Positions 63,940-64,000 of a DNA stretch of 64,000 nucleotides are shown here, in pieces. The stretch covers positions 40,784,388 through 40,848,387 of the forward strand of contig NC_092670.1 in NCBI RefSeq assembly GCF_964355755.1, written 5' to 3'. Origin of the DNA: Antedon mediterranea. Lineage: Eukaryota; Animalia; Echinodermata. Each line of letters opens with the position of its first letter. Position 1 is the first letter of the stretch. Position numbers and translations under genes: made by a program. The notes below the pieces were generated by a model. That model saw only the letters and a program-made list of their open reading frames with translations, searched no databases and was not told the DNA's origin.

Positions 63940-64000
63940 GTATTGTTCTCAGGGTAGAGACATTTTCCACTCCCTGTCTTCATAACCTACTTACTATTGC

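Noticed and set aside
63989-64000. Minus-strand GTAAGT donor as the end of the preceding hydratase exon
   Set aside because: Only 6 nt of putative exon are visible, so it cannot be supported.

Overview
AT-rich eukaryotic (animal, probably marine invertebrate) genomic DNA, not prokaryotic. The window is almost all intron and intergenic sequence, and most ORF-track entries are chance or repeat-derived. Two real protein-coding loci lie on the minus strand. (1) The first coding exon of a KCNQ/Kv7 voltage-gated K+ channel (22782-22439, ending at a phase-2 GTAAGT donor). I could not find its next exon in 1-22438, and its 5' non-coding exon(s) and promoter probably lie further right, possibly in the CpG-richer 57-60 kb zone. 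(2) The last two exons of a crotonase-family enoyl-CoA hydratase-like gene ending in a peroxisomal -SKL signal (63170-62845). The rest is a rich repeat landscape: tRNA- and 5S-derived SINEs, L2/CR1 3' fragments, Helentron-associated HINEs, TTAA-flanked Kolobok-like elements, Harbinger-like MITE families, a Ginger-like TGT...ACA element and many minisatellites. Several minisatellites are tandem amplifications of functional TE modules (a Pol III A-box head, an L2-type tail). I see no CRISPR array or prokaryote-style multigene system. The most notable items are a phase-compatible candidate alternative KCNQ first exon, a uORF-dense leader, a stop-free 84-nt intron before a PTS1, a 17x tRNA-head array, a templated insertion in a MITE, and insertions whose empty sites are preserved in adjacent repeat copies. 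All family calls come from motif recognition by eye; no search was run.
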